A stretch of 62,545 nucleotides of DNA, counting the filler, from Rhabdomonas costata (lineage: Eukaryota), in the NCBI GenBank assembly GCA_019059605.1. It is 42 parts of 42 records of this genome, joined end to end, with 100 filler letters (N's around TTAATTAATTAA, not from the genome) between each part and the next. Parts side by side here need not be neighbours in the genome. Positions count along the whole stretch, not along the records: positions 1 to 1,392 come from JAHMHO010017286.1; positions 1,493 to 2,884 come from JAHMHO010017287.1; positions 2,985 to 4,376 come from JAHMHO010017288.1; positions 4,477 to 5,867 come from JAHMHO010017289.1; positions 5,968 to 7,359 come from JAHMHO010017290.1; positions 7,460 to 8,851 come from JAHMHO010017291.1; positions 8,952 to 10,343 come from JAHMHO010017292.1; positions 10,444 to 11,835 come from JAHMHO010017293.1; 34 more parts are not named here. One strand, 5' to 3'. Below are positions 1-12,471 of the stretch, in pieces. Position numbers and translations under genes: made by a program. The notes under the pieces are model-generated. The model was not told the DNA's origin, made no database searches, and saw only the letters and a list, made by a program, of their open reading frames with translations. Position 1 is the first letter of the stretch; each line of letters starts with the position of its first letter.

Positions 1-1392
1 AGCCGCAACTTACCGTTGGCCTTTGGAACGAACAGCACACCTGCGCCATAAGGGGATGTTGCTGGCTATATAAAACCAAGCTCATGGAGACTATTAAGTT
101 GCTTCCGCAATTCCTCATCTTTCGCCGGAGACATTCTGTACAGCCTCTGTGATTATACCTTACTGTGCGGCTTTAAATCAATCTTGTGGTCCTTCCTTAT
201 TGAATGTGGTAAACATCCGAAAACTGAAGCTGAAAATATGTGCGCAAATTCTTGATTGAGCCTCTAAATATTTGGAGGGGTTGGTAACACATCACATCAC
301 AAGTATGTCCAAAAATGCTGTGGTCAACCTCTTTGATCAAATTTTCTACCTCATTTCGAGGCGAATCTCGCAAAGTTCTTTTGACGTTCCACTTAGACTC
401 CTGAGCACTAGCTATAACTCGATGATCTTGCTTGGTTGGAACATCCTCTTCCACCTCCAGTGAAGAAACCACGACCTGTGGATGGGATTGTGGATTTGTT
501 TCCGCACCTTGCGGAATGGTTTCCAACAAGACTCCAACACCCTGGACGTTGGGAATGCTCTGGACGTCGCTTCCCCCATCCCCTGCTATTGTGAGCTCTG
601 GATAGAACGACCTCTGAACGTTCTGCGGTGGAAAATCAACAGGTTCATAGGGGAAATTCACCTTGCTCTGCATCCAACATTCCTGTGGTGGGGCATGTGA
701 TTCGAAATGAATTCATCTCTGGACGCGCCTGTATGTAGTACATTCTTCCTAATCTCCACACCTTACACCTTGAAATTTATGCGCTTCCAATCAATCTGCG
801 GTTGCAGACTTGCTAAAAATGGATATCCCAGCACTACTAGTATTGCCGTCTTGATCACTCTCAAGAACAATTTGATTGGCGTTGTACCCAATCTTCCGAA
901 AACTCGGACGAAATGCGGCACGGGAAGTCATTCCACGTTAGCAACCCTTACCTTAAGCTTCTGCTGCAACTGTTACATCTGCTAACGGAATCTCTGGACA
1001 AACTCCTGACATATAAACGAATCTGAAGCTCCGGAATCCAATAACGCCCTAACTTGGGTGTTCCAAATCCACAACGGCAAGAACATTAGTTGTTAAGGTG
1101 TGGATGGTATGGCAAAAATCCAACGAAACCAACCACCTCTCTCGCGTCTCTCTGGAATTGCAACACGAACAGCGGTACCTGTGTACTTCCTTCCACTATT
1201 CGAATTCTGCTCACCTCTGTCTTTACTAAGTCATCCAAAGAATCCTCTGAAAACTCGTCTACCACCACGCTCCACTCGCAAAGATCTGTGCAATGCTAGG
1301 ACTCGGGGGATTCCTTCCAAATCTTAGGCGAGTGTCCCCATCTGACCCTCAAGGAGATGTCTCCTTCGGATCCCAACACCACCAACTGGGGG
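1..1392 (-). mobile_element. Degenerate Ty3/gypsy LTR retrotransposon pol fragment (aspartic protease plus start of reverse transcriptase)
   Basis: Manual minus-strand translation gives the protease motif VRALLDSGASDSFI (~1060-1010) and VVLGYPFLASLQPQIDW. It then gives the RT N-terminus DHKIDLKP..QRLYRMSPAKDEELRKQL..LGFI*PATSPYGAGVLFVPKANGKLR (~190-1). Several in-frame stops and frameshifts are present. Confidence 0.9.
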
Positions 1393-1492
1393 NNNNNNNN
1401 NNNNNNNNNNNNNNNNNNNNNNNNNNNNNNNNNNNNTTAATTAATTAANNNNNNNNNNNNNNNNNNNNNNNNNNNNNNNNNNNNNNNNNNNN
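1393..1492. other. Artificial contig spacer N44-TTAATTAATTAA-N44 (first of 41, recurring about every 1.49 kb)
   Basis: An identical 100-nt block separates every ~1.39-kb segment. TTAATTAATTAA places stop codons in all six frames. Confidence 0.98.
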
Positions 1493-1521
1493 TTTGTGCT
1501 CCGTACGTGAGGGTGGGGAGG

Positions 1522-2150
1522 AAAGTTACCTCTCCTCCTTTATTTGGGGGAAGGTGATAGGGAGGTATATGGCTTTATTTGGGGAATGGCGATGAAGGAT
1601 GGGAGAGCGGAGCGAAGCGCACGGAGAGAGCGAGGTGAGCGACGTGCGCGACGCGAAGCGGGGGGGGGAAACGTGATTTGGCCCGACGCTCCCACTTCCC
1701 AATTTTAGCTGCTCTCTGATCACGTCTTCGCAATCGAATCGCAACCGAAAAGCCGAACCTCCTCCTTCCCATCCCACATGACACTGGCGACGTATTGGTT
1801 TTCACCTAAATGACCCTTCTTTCGACCGTGGACCTCGGAGGGTCGAAAAAAGGCCGGGGTTTACCCGGAAAAAATCGGCTATTTCTCGGTCAAAACGGTC
1901 GATTCGAAGCTCCAATCCGTGTTTGTCGTTTTCTACGACCCATAAAAAACGGGGTATAGGTCATCTTGTTCGACTACGAGTTCGCTTTATAAGCAACAAA
2001 GCACGATTCTTAGGGTTTTCGCAGTGAAAAAGAAGCGCCACTGAGATTATCAGCACACGGACATGCCTGCATACTAAACCCTATACTCGTTCGCACCTCG
2101 CTACGTTTCGTTTGCCTCAAAAGCCATTTTGGGGGTGAAAGGGTAACTTT
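1522..2150. repeat. Possible MITE-like element with imperfect nested inverted repeats
   Basis: AAAGTTACC (1522-1530) pairs with GGTAACTTT (2142-2150). AGCGAGGTG (1629-1637) pairs with CACCTCGCT (2094-2102). The interior is non-coding. Confidence 0.3.
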
Positions 2151-5100
2151 AAGAAGTTCACTTTGGACTTTCCCAGGACAGCAAATTGGGAATTAACCTT
2201 CGCCGGGCAGATTCCTAGAATTTCTGATCAACTACCAAAAAGCTGTGAAATGAAGCGAAGGCACATCAGGAAGACTCAGAATGCCCTTGCAAACAAAATC
2301 ACCCATCAAAAAGCAAGGGAGTCGAACGCCCACACGACCTGGGGATGCAGCAGTTGTCCCGGTTGAGCCTGAGCAGCCCGGCCTGTCCCACGGCTGCCCA
2401 CAGCAGGACCACTTGCAAACCAAACTCAGGTGGACACGGCCCGGCTTCAACGGGTAGGCCTCCTCCCCAGTGCCGTGAATGCAGCAGCATCGCATCACTC
2501 CCGGATGCTACACGAACAAGGGATGTCGATCACAAACCCACCTCCAAAGTGACTTAATTGTGCCAAACCGACATTTCGGAATTACCAAAAACGGTGGAAC
2601 ACAACTAGGCCAACGTCTATCTCATCTATCTCATTTATCTCCACTCCAAGTGACCCCCAAAAACCAGCGAAGATGCCAACGCATCTCCACCATGACACGC
2701 ATCTGGTGGCACCACACACATAACCCTCTGACACGCGCAAAGACCTACACACAAAGAATCACACAAAAACACCGAAAACAACGCTCAACCACTTTGATCG
2801 CTGCCTCCTGGTCCAAAACGGTAAGGCACCCCCGCGTGAACCACTCCGTCGCGCCGCCCTGGAATCGCACCCGGTACGTCTCATNNNNNNNNNNNNNNNN
2901 NNNNNNNNNNNNNNNNNNNNNNNNNNNNTTAATTAATTAANNNNNNNNNNNNNNNNNNNNNNNNNNNNNNNNNNNNNNNNNNNNAATCATGTTGGGGGGG
3001 GGGGGATTCGTAACCGTTGCCAGTGGTAGATAAAAATAGATAATAAAAAATAAAACCGGTAAAACATGCCAGCACCATCGAAATGACAAGATTCAGTTGC
3101 CAGTGCTCTCTAGATGAGCGTTCTTGTTCAGCAGCCCAAAACTGGTCCCCAGACCAGTCACTTTTGGAAGCTAATGTAATTGTACAATCTTGTACCGCTT
3201 CTTGCCCGCAGCCGCCGGAGGGTTTGACAGAGGGTTTGACAGGGCACCCAGGGGACAACAACTCAGGGAAGCCGCTTCGATTGTTGTTATCCTGCTTGGA
3301 GCCGGGGGTCCTATTTCATTGCCCAGCAGGCTGCAGTTCCCAGGTCCTCGATTGGAATTAGCCTTAGCATTAGTTTACCGGCGGAGGCAATACTGCAGCT
3401 TGGGAAGCCTCGACGACACTGCAAAAATTCTCCCAAAGGAAAATTTCACCCTAAGCAGAAACACATGCACTGTCCCAGTCACCCAAACCAAAAGGAGTTT
3501 CACAAATCTGACACCGAGCTGTATATGCACACACACACACACCGTCTCTTGAGGTGAACCTCACTTGAAGAAGACACAGTTCGCATCCCATTCTGACAAA
3601 GGAAGACGCGCAGAAATATCACAAGGTCAGCACAGCAGCAACAAGTCAGTCATAAAATTGTGCCCAGGGCCGCATCCGCATCCGAAGACAAAAAATAACG
3701 GAACCGCATCCCTCTGTTGTCCTGTCGTCTATGGAAGCGCCAACGAGGGGGGTGGTCCAGGTGGCTTCCGGGAGCTAGCGCCCGAAAGCACGCGAGAGAA
3801 AAGAAAGACGAGAGGACCGTCGCAAGCAACCAGGAGCGCGAAGAATGGCCTCCCCGTCCCACAGGCCACTCCACGGGCACCGGAGCGGCATCTTAGGGGT
3901 TGGGCACGTGGGGAAGGTGGGATGGAGCAAGGCCAAGCACGCGGTAACCTCAAAAATAAATCTCTCAGCCCTGACATCTCCTGACTGACTTATGTCCCCA
4001 CACGAACATCCATAACACACACGGTTAAGGCATGCAAGAAAGTCGTTGGCACTGATACTCGCGAACACATTAGAAAAGCCGGCAAAAGGGCAACAAACAC
4101 AGCCCCATACTTTCGTGTCGCTGCTCCTGCCCTCAGTCATCCCCAATCCCCCTTCACCCTATCTTCAAGAACAATATCTCGCCTGGGATTATCCAAAAAC
4201 AGCTTCCCACACCAAAACGCCACCCCACAATCGCTCGGCTTCTCATGCACTGCACTCTTATGGGATTCCATGCCAGTGGGCGGAGGGTTCACGCACAGCC
4301 ACCGCGCCCAACAGTGCATTGAGCAAGAGGGGAGAGCGAAAAAAGGCATCTCCCTGGCACTGCATCACCACAACACNNNNNNNNNNNNNNNNNNNNNNNN
4401 NNNNNNNNNNNNNNNNNNNNTTAATTAATTAANNNNNNNNNNNNNNNNNNNNNNNNNNNNNNNNNNNNNNNNNNNNGGTGTGTGTTGCAGTTTGTTTTTG
4501 GGAGGGTGGGAGTTAAACTTCTAGCTCCCCCGTGCCCAAAAAATAACATCGCTAAAAAAATAACCAGTTCGGTCGTTCAGCACTGCAAAAATTCAGCAGT
4601 ACATACGGTGCATCGCCCGGCCGCTAAGCACTAAACATTTAACGCCCCCTCCCCACATACATCAACAGCGGTTTCAAATACGGTTTTACTGCCTGTCACG
4701 ACATGTTGATAAGGCTTTCTGAGGGATTACGGTTTGAGAGGGGAGGTGTGCTTAGGGGCTTAGGAGTGGGTCAGTCGCGATCATCGTAAATAATGTGAAG
4801 AAGAGGGTGCGAGGGAGTGCAAGGATGCGGCGGAGAGGGAGGGAGGACGGGAAAACGAGGGAGCGCGGCCATACGGCAGGGCACCCGAAGCAGGCAGTGC
4901 GTGCTGGACCACACGCACATGGTCTGGGCAATGCCGTGGCTGCACAGATGCTCCGTGCCGCAGTCCCCGCAGTTGTATCCGCACCCCTGACTCAGCCGGT
5001 GGTCCACCACCCCACACTCCCCTGCAGAGAGCAGCGCGTAGAGCTCCCAAACATGGCTTTATGCAGAAGCGGCGGGGATCATGCCGAGGGTTTTTTAGAG

Positions 5101-6715
5101 TTGCTTGAGACGAACTTTGGCTGTGGAAGGTCCGTAGTTTTCCCCAAAGACGGGACTCTAGTCAAGTGTAAGCTGCCAGGCAACATGTTGCAGTAGCCAT
5201 TGCCATCAAAAGCCATTTTAGAATCCGGAGGTGTTGCCGATGGGACGGGTACATGAAAGCTGCGAAATACAAGGCATGTCGATCCATGCTATATCCTAAT
5301 TTAATGCACAAACACACCTTACCCCTAAAAAAATGGGCTTCAAAACATTACCACCACAATCATGCGCCATCCATCGCTGTGCACAGGCAGGCTGACAAAC
5401 CTGTTGTTTGGGAAACATGAATGCGACCCGATCGATAAGGGCTGGGAGTGGTGGAGTTGCTGCCCGATTCTGCAGAGACCAGCAGCACCCGGTCACACCC
5501 GGTCACAAGCTCATACAAACGTGTTTAACGTGCGCCTGTCCCATTTCGCGAAGGATGTGAATTAATGCGTGTGTGCGGAACCCGTCCACTACCCTGCACA
5601 TCCACTCGCGTGTTAGTTCACAGGAGAACATTCTGCAAGGAGAATATTCAAGAAATTGAAAAAAGCATCAGCTGATCTTCGGATGGCGGCGAAGCCACGG
5701 AAGCCACTTGCCACCGCTCTTTTCCAACCACTCGCTCACACACATAGTGATATGTGCATGACGCAATGAATTAAGCAAGCAAGCAACCCTCGCTCACATA
5801 TCGCCAAGGACAATTTTTCACGAACCATGTACTTTCTCATGGCAGTGCCTAACGCGAACACCCCCCCNNNNNNNNNNNNNNNNNNNNNNNNNNNNNNNNN
5901 NNNNNNNNNNNTTAATTAATTAANNNNNNNNNNNNNNNNNNNNNNNNNNNNNNNNNNNNNNNNNNNNGTGGTGGGTGTGTTTGGGGGGGTTGTTCTTGAC
6001 CTTTTTCGCTGCGGATGTGGGCTGTCCCACCGGATCTCCTCGGTCTTGGGTTATGGTTGCACACCAGTCAAGAAAACATTCGCTTTCGGTGACGAGTTAT
6101 CTTTTGAACCTGGCTTTGCAGGGCCTGCTTTGGATTTGTCTGTCTCCCCCCCCCCCGTTGAAGTGCACCTCCACGCAGTACTGTAGGTGTGAGGTTCCAC
6201 CGTTCGATGTCACCTTCCTTAATGCGCCTCTTCTCATTGCATAGGGTGCCGTAGTACTCTCTGAGAACAGCACAGCTTTCACCATTCCGGCGCCTAATCC
6301 AGGTGTTTTTCTCATATCTCAGTGCCACCGCACCTCCCCGCCCATCCTCCAATGATGCCACCAGCCTTTGTTCGTAAAACGCCGTCGTGAACCTCCCCCT
6401 TCAGAGCAGCCTGGAGATTTGGTTCGGACGGCTGAGTTATCAGTTGCATCGCGGTGGCGTTGGAAACGTATTTGGTGAACAGGAAGCCACATTTTTATGC
6501 GCCATTGCATAATAAGAATGAGACACTTCCTTCCTTTACTGAGGTTTTTGGGGGCCAGAAAACTTGTCCCCGTTTTTCGAATATCGGAGACGACTTTTCC
6601 TCAGGGAATTACTGTCTGCCAGAAAGGCCACTTACGGGTTCCAAACTGCCAGAACTGTGCTAAGTTTTCAAGTGCCTTCCTGTGCCTGGCCTAATTTCTT
6701 TCCATTCTGTCGCAG

Positions 6716-6864
6716 AGGAAACCAACTCGGGGCTTCTGGGGACCTTTCAGCTGCTGCCCGTGATCCCGGCCTCGAAGCTGACGGCTAAGAAGGCCGCCAC
6801 ACTGCACTTGCTGCAGTTCGTTATGAGGCAGCGGTGCTTCGACCGGCTCCGCACTGAAGAGCAG
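6716..6864 (+). CDS. Exon of an M16 insulinase-family (IDE/nardilysin-like) metallopeptidase
   Basis: AG/GT-bounded exon ETNSGLLGTFQLLP..LHLLQFVMRQRCFDRLRTEEQ. This matches the M16A C-terminal motif EPCFxxLRTKEQLGY. Confidence 0.8.
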
Positions 6865-7567
6865 GTCGTACCAATAGGTTTTTCTTTCGTAAATGTAGGT
6901 AATCGTGAAAGCAATTGTTGGATGTTGCTTTGCAAACCCAGAACAACGCAATCGATATTTGGCAAAGTTCGATTCCAAAAAGAATAGCAAAAATCATGCC
7001 TCCTTTATAGCCAACACACTTATATAAACACTTGCTCACCCTATGTCAGCTGTACCCATGAGTAAGTTTCTGACATCCCCACCCCACTCGCGAATGGTAC
7101 GTTTCCCCTTTGGAACTTTTTGCGGTTGCTGAACAAAGCATTTACGTCCCCCTTCCCTGTTCAATGTTCAGTGTTCGAGCATTGTTGAAACCCATTCTTC
7201 CTGCCGTTAACGTTAATTGACATTCGGTCATCAAGGCAGCAACTGACGCGAGCATAAGAAAAAACGATAATGTTTGATTCAAAACCATTATTCCCATGCT
7301 TGAGCCCGCCTCTCTCCGGTTGAGTCAATGTTAGTTTTTATGGAAGTTTACAAAAACAANNNNNNNNNNNNNNNNNNNNNNNNNNNNNNNNNNNNNNNNN
7401 NNNTTAATTAATTAANNNNNNNNNNNNNNNNNNNNNNNNNNNNNNNNNNNNNNNNNNNNTTTGTTTGGGTAATTTCTTATGGGTCAAAGTGAGACATTTT
7501 TCTTTGCTTTTGCTCCTCTAGCTTTGCTATGCTGTTGAGAGCGGCGGCCACACACACACACACAAAC

Positions 7568-8399
7568 CCCGGCAAGCAGGAGTCACAGGCCGTGCCCGCC
7601 CAGTATCCCAACGTTGGAGTGGCGCTGCAGTTGCACACGCCACTGCCGTACCGCCCGTCGCTGCACACCCCGTGGCCGCACACCACGCCGCCCGAGGTTG
7701 GGCAGAGGCTAGTGCACAGCGTGCCGTATGCCCCCGATGCGCATGTGTTGCACGCCGAGCCGGCCCAGTACCCCGAGGTTGCCGAGGAGTTGCACGTGCA
7801 CAGCCCGGTGCCGTTGATACCATCAGAGCAAACCCCTGCAAGAGAGTGTGGGGGTGGTCAGTGATCCAATAATTTTTCAAAATGGTTCATTCCTCCTTTT
7901 CGTATTTATTTTATTTTTGTTCTTCGTATTTTCGTGTATTTCAATTTTTTTTTTCTTTTTCGCAAATTTTCGTTATTTTTCAGATATTCATAAATTGTGA
8001 CCTTTCAGTTTCCCCTGATTTGCAAGACACACCAATCGGCGCTTACGCACAGCGCTACGTTTGCATGTAATTTCCATTAAGCAGGAGCTCTCACTATGTT
8101 CCGCCTTCTTCCCTCCACCAGTGGGTGGGATATATTCGCCTTACACACTTAAGCAAACAAGCAAACAAGCAAACAAACAAGCAAACCGTGCCCGTTGCAT
8201 GGGGTGCACGCGCCGCCAGGGCAGGTGCCGGCACAAGCCGGGCCGAAGTACCCCGACTGGCAGACCCCACACAGGGTGCCGGACCAGAACCCGAAGCTGC
8301 TGTCGCTGTAGCACTGACAGCTGCTGCTTGTCGCAGGGCACCGCCCGTGTCCTCCACAGGACACGTTGCCCACCCCATTGCACAGAAGAGTGCAAGAGG
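7568..8399 (-). CDS. EGF/laminin-EGF-like repeat surface protein (exons 8399-8187 and 7835-7568)
   Basis: Repeats of CxGHGxCSDGxxGxGxCxC..GYWAGxxCxxC. A canonical GT-AG intron joins CNGH-G/VCSDG in frame. Confidence 0.9.
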
Positions 8400-9294
8400 C
8401 TGCAAGCAAAACCGAAGCACTTCCACTCTATAAGCTCCGATATGTGCATCCAATCCGCTACGAACATTATGATTGCACCTACAGTCGTGATGTCAACGAC
8501 GTCAAAAAAAAGTGAAAACACAGATCTGAGGTAATTTTGGCTCTAAAATGTGCAGGTGTCATCGCTTAAAGGGCGGCTTCGCATCTCCTTTGCACTTGCA
8601 GCCTTCGTGTGATTGCGCGACGGGCTGGGTGCTTGAAAATTAGGGAACAGGCTGTTGGGTCCAAAGGAGGGTCGCCTTGACGGCATGAATCTAACTCCGT
8701 GCTTTGTACGCAACCCGGCTACCTAAATGTGCTCCCCACAACCCGCACGGAGAAAAAGTTTAACTTTTTCCTCCGTGGTTATGAGATAACACAGAACTCG
8801 AAAAGGGGCCAACTGCGGTACACAGACCTCCGTAGTACGCGCCACAACACCNNNNNNNNNNNNNNNNNNNNNNNNNNNNNNNNNNNNNNNNNNNNTTAAT
8901 TAATTAANNNNNNNNNNNNNNNNNNNNNNNNNNNNNNNNNNNNNNNNNNNNTGTGGGGGGGTGACCACTGCGGACTGACTGGCGCATGCGCTGTTGGCCA
9001 CGGGTGCTCGCGAGAGGTGCCGTTGGAGCGAACGGTGCCGTGGGGAACCGAAATCGGCTCACCACCGAACGTTCTACATCTGCTGACCTCCCTTCTGCCC
9101 CACGGGTTCCGGGCCTCTGTCGCGCAGCTGCTCTTTTCCAGCGGCCACCTGCAATGCTCCATTGCTGTCTCTGCGACTCCACACTCCTTCCTTGGAGGGC
9201 TGGGGCCTATTCTCGCGGGTCTGGGTTTTCTCGCAATCTGTGTTGTGGTGTGTGTGTGTCTGCACGCGCGCACGCGCATTTGTCAGCAGGCAAC

Positions 9295-9922
9295 CTTCTC
9301 CGAGGCCGTTGCCAGCCTGCTGCCATCGTGATTGAGCCCCAAGAAACTCAGGTGGGAACGATGAGCCGTCACAATCACCTCGGTCGAGAGTTGCAGGTTT
9401 CGGACTCGCACCAGCCCTGCCCATGAGGTGTCACAACCAAAAGCAGTGACAGAGAGGGGGGCAGGGAGGGAGGGAGGGAGAAGCGCGGAAGCAACGGCCT
9501 GATTCTCATTTTGACGTTTGCACCCGTGACTATCTCTGAACACCACCGTATTTAAAACTGTAAACTTCCCTATCACGTACAAATGATAAGGGAAAAAACG
9601 TTCCCCGAATATGCCCACAACAGGGGCAGGAGAAAAAAGTCCACAGTGCACACAAACAATTGCCGCACCAGCTTGTGGGGTGGGCACGGCCAGAACAGGG
9701 TTGTTGACCTCCGGCGACAGAGCCGCGATCCCTGCAAAAATCAAAGGCCGCATACTAACAATGCCCCACACTGAACCAACGCTCGCACAGTGAGCCTCCA
9801 AATGTCCTTTCCTGCCTCCCTATTCCACACCTCGGATGTTTGGCTCCGTGTCGAACTTCGCCAGGAGCTCGTACTGATCCATCTCGTAAAGATACACCGC
9901 ACTTTCCGTCGCCACCAAAAGA
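9295..9922 (-). CDS. WIPI/Atg18-family WD40 PROPPIN (exons 9922-9831, 9731-9669, 9416-9295)
   Basis: Three GT-AG-spliced exons join in frame as LLVATESAVYLYEM..DTEPNIRGIAALSP..LAVP..GLVRV..AHRSHLSFLGLNHDGSRLATASEK. The last part is the Atg18 signature LATASEKGT. Confidence 0.88.
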
Positions 9923-11186
9923 CTGCGAATCGACCCCGCAAACGCGTGGGCAAAAAAAACAAATTCGCACATCGCTCGCAAGAGCAAAGCGCAAAATGCA
10001 GCAACCCCTTGCACAAAAAGTTGGTTTTTGTTTGAGCCACAACTTACTTTACTTACTGCTGAGCAGAGCCCTCCAAGCGAAGCGCCTACGATCGGATGGT
10101 GTCGCAGTGCGTGTGCCCACACCGCCTCCGCAGCCGGGTCCAAGCGCACGCACACTCCCCCTTGGTAGCCCGGTCCCAGTGCGTTTGTCCTCTTCCCGCT
10201 CCCCACCCCCCTTGAGAGTCCGGATTTTGTTTTGCACTCGTTTTTTCTTACTTTGCTGGGATGGCTCTATACTATTCTTGAGCATAAAAATATACTAAGG
10301 GAAGGGAAAGGGAGGAAAGTAAACCTGTTCCTCTCGTAGGCCANNNNNNNNNNNNNNNNNNNNNNNNNNNNNNNNNNNNNNNNNNNNTTAATTAATTAAN
10401 NNNNNNNNNNNNNNNNNNNNNNNNNNNNNNNNNNNNNNNNNNNTGTGGTGGGTGTGGTTGGTGTGGTGTGGAAAGGGGACTGGCTGACACTATGAAGAGG
10501 GAGAGAGGGAGAGGGAAGAGAGCGAGCGTGCCAACAAGCACAACATCCCGTTCTGCTTGTTTACAAAGAAAGGTAATCCGTCTTGCGTGTTCCAAACGAG
10601 TGCACACGCACCCCACGTTAAATGCTGCAGAGCACGGCAGTTACAGAAACCCACCCCCATGTCAGAATCGCCCAAGGCCTCTCTTCCTCCGCGGGGAGTA
10701 GACGAAACCGGAGGTCGTCAAAGCAGACCTACCACGTCAATCGCGCCCACCTACCACTTTACTAAAGCCCAAGTGCAGAGCAATAGCGATTCTTTTTATA
10801 CAAATTTTACTATTGATTGTATTTTTGCAAACTTTTGAAAAAAAATTTGAGCACCAGTGTAGATAAGATAGTCACAAATTTTGTATCCCAAATGCGCACC
10901 AGATTCCGACATTCGGATTGGGAAAACTAGTTTGTTGTGACCACCAAGCACACGAACAGGCCATGTCCAACACCTTCAGGAGACGGTGTGATGCGAGTGA
11001 TGCGACCGAGAAAGTGCTTCTGGCAATGATAGTACGGCATTGTCGCGTTTTGTCATAATTCTGTAAGGGCACACAATAATCTGGAACCAACCATTCCTTG
11101 GTGCTGGATCCGGAAGTTACCATTTCTTTTCACAACTGTGAAAAAGGAAATACTGGCAATGGTGACCTACGCAACACGCGAGCACC

Positions 11187-11819
11187 TGTACAGTTGGCGT
11201 AGGTGTTACCCCCGAGCACGGCGGCCCAGTTCACCACCCCCACACCCAGCGTGGACCCGGGGCCCACCCCTACCCCGCAGACGTTCGACGCGCCGCACAT
11301 CGACAAAGGCGGCGCAATCGAATTTTGGCCGTACAACACAGGGCAGGTGCAGGTCGCTGTCGTTGCGGAGGTGGCCACGCAGGGCGCCCCCCAGCACTGC
11401 GCCACCCTTGAGCACGACGCCATGAACTGGCTTCCCGCAGCTCCCCCTACGCCGAATGAGGAGTACAGCGCGGTCCCGGCCTGCATCTGGGCGCACACCG
11501 AGGCCCCACCGTCGATGAAGCTGTACCCACTGCTGAGGTAACACGGGCACGCCGCGGTGAGGTTGTCGGGGTTCGCCACGCAGCTTGTGACGTTGGTGCA
11601 AATCGCGAACGGGGCGTTGCACATCGAAAACTGGCCCACGGTGCTGAAGCGGCTGGGGCAGGTGGCGTTGGGCAGGGCCAGCACCATGCTCACGAAGGTG
11701 AACCCTATCAGGGCTGGGTCCACTGCGTCATCTCCAGGAACGCAGGACTGGCCCCATGACCAGCTCGGAAGGGCCAGCAGGCAAACCCACACGGCCCACA
11801 GCGACAGAAAACGACGCAT
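11187..11819 (-). CDS. Secreted cysteine-rich protein, 5' exon; function unknown
   Basis: ORF 11130-11819 has a signal-peptide-like start (MRRFLSLWAVWVCLLALPSWSWG), many cysteines and strongly GC3-biased codons. A probable GT donor follows NCT-G near 11186. Confidence 0.75.
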
Positions 11820-12471
11820 AATCCCACAAACCCACNNNNNNNNNNNNNNNNNNNNNNNNNNNNNNNNNNNNNNNNNNNNTTAATTAATTAANNNNNNNNN
11901 NNNNNNNNNNNNNNNNNNNNNNNNNNNNNNNNNNNGTTTTTGATATATGCTGCACGCATGTCAATGACACGCGTGCAGCATATATCTTAAATCGCCTAAA
12001 AAGACCTATGTTGCGCGCATCGCCTAAAATATCTTTGGTCACATTGGCCTGGTGCTTGATGCCCCGCCTGTCCCATGTTTAGGGATGGATATGAATAGCT
12101 CTCCGCTCAAACCAGCCGAACCCGAAGGATCCGAAAGTGTACCATTAAAATACTCACACCACTGAAACGCCTGTAGGAGCAGCTACGCTGATACGCATTC
12201 GAAACGCTCTCCTTTTTTATCCACTAATTCATGAACACAAACCACCCCCCACCCTACACCTTGGGGTCTGAATCACACTTTTGGGGGCGCGGGGTGTAAA
12301 ATGGAAGATGTTGCAGGGGGTTAGAGGGCGATGCACGCGGTCCCTGGGACAAGTCAGAAGATGTTCAACGACTTTAACCCAACCTTGCATATTTTTGTGG
12401 TGTGATGTCACGCAGGACCTCCTAGGCCTCTGCACCGGCACAAAGGCACAGAGAACGCTGGAAGAAAAGAC

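Noticed and set aside
60-1000. TAA/TAG at probable Gln positions in gypsy pol, suggesting stop-codon reassignment
   Set aside because: The same element also has an in-frame TGA and frameshifts. The host exons identified contain no internal TAA/TAG, and TAA appears to end genes (21446, 52426). Ordinary decay explains it.
4860-4920. GGAGCGCGGCCATAC resembling a 5S rRNA start
   Set aside because: The similarity does not continue, and no 5S internal motifs or closing stem are present.
11942-11986. Hairpin GATATATGCTGCACGC..GCGTGCAGCATATATC
   Set aside because: It is at the contig start and is probably the same artefact class.
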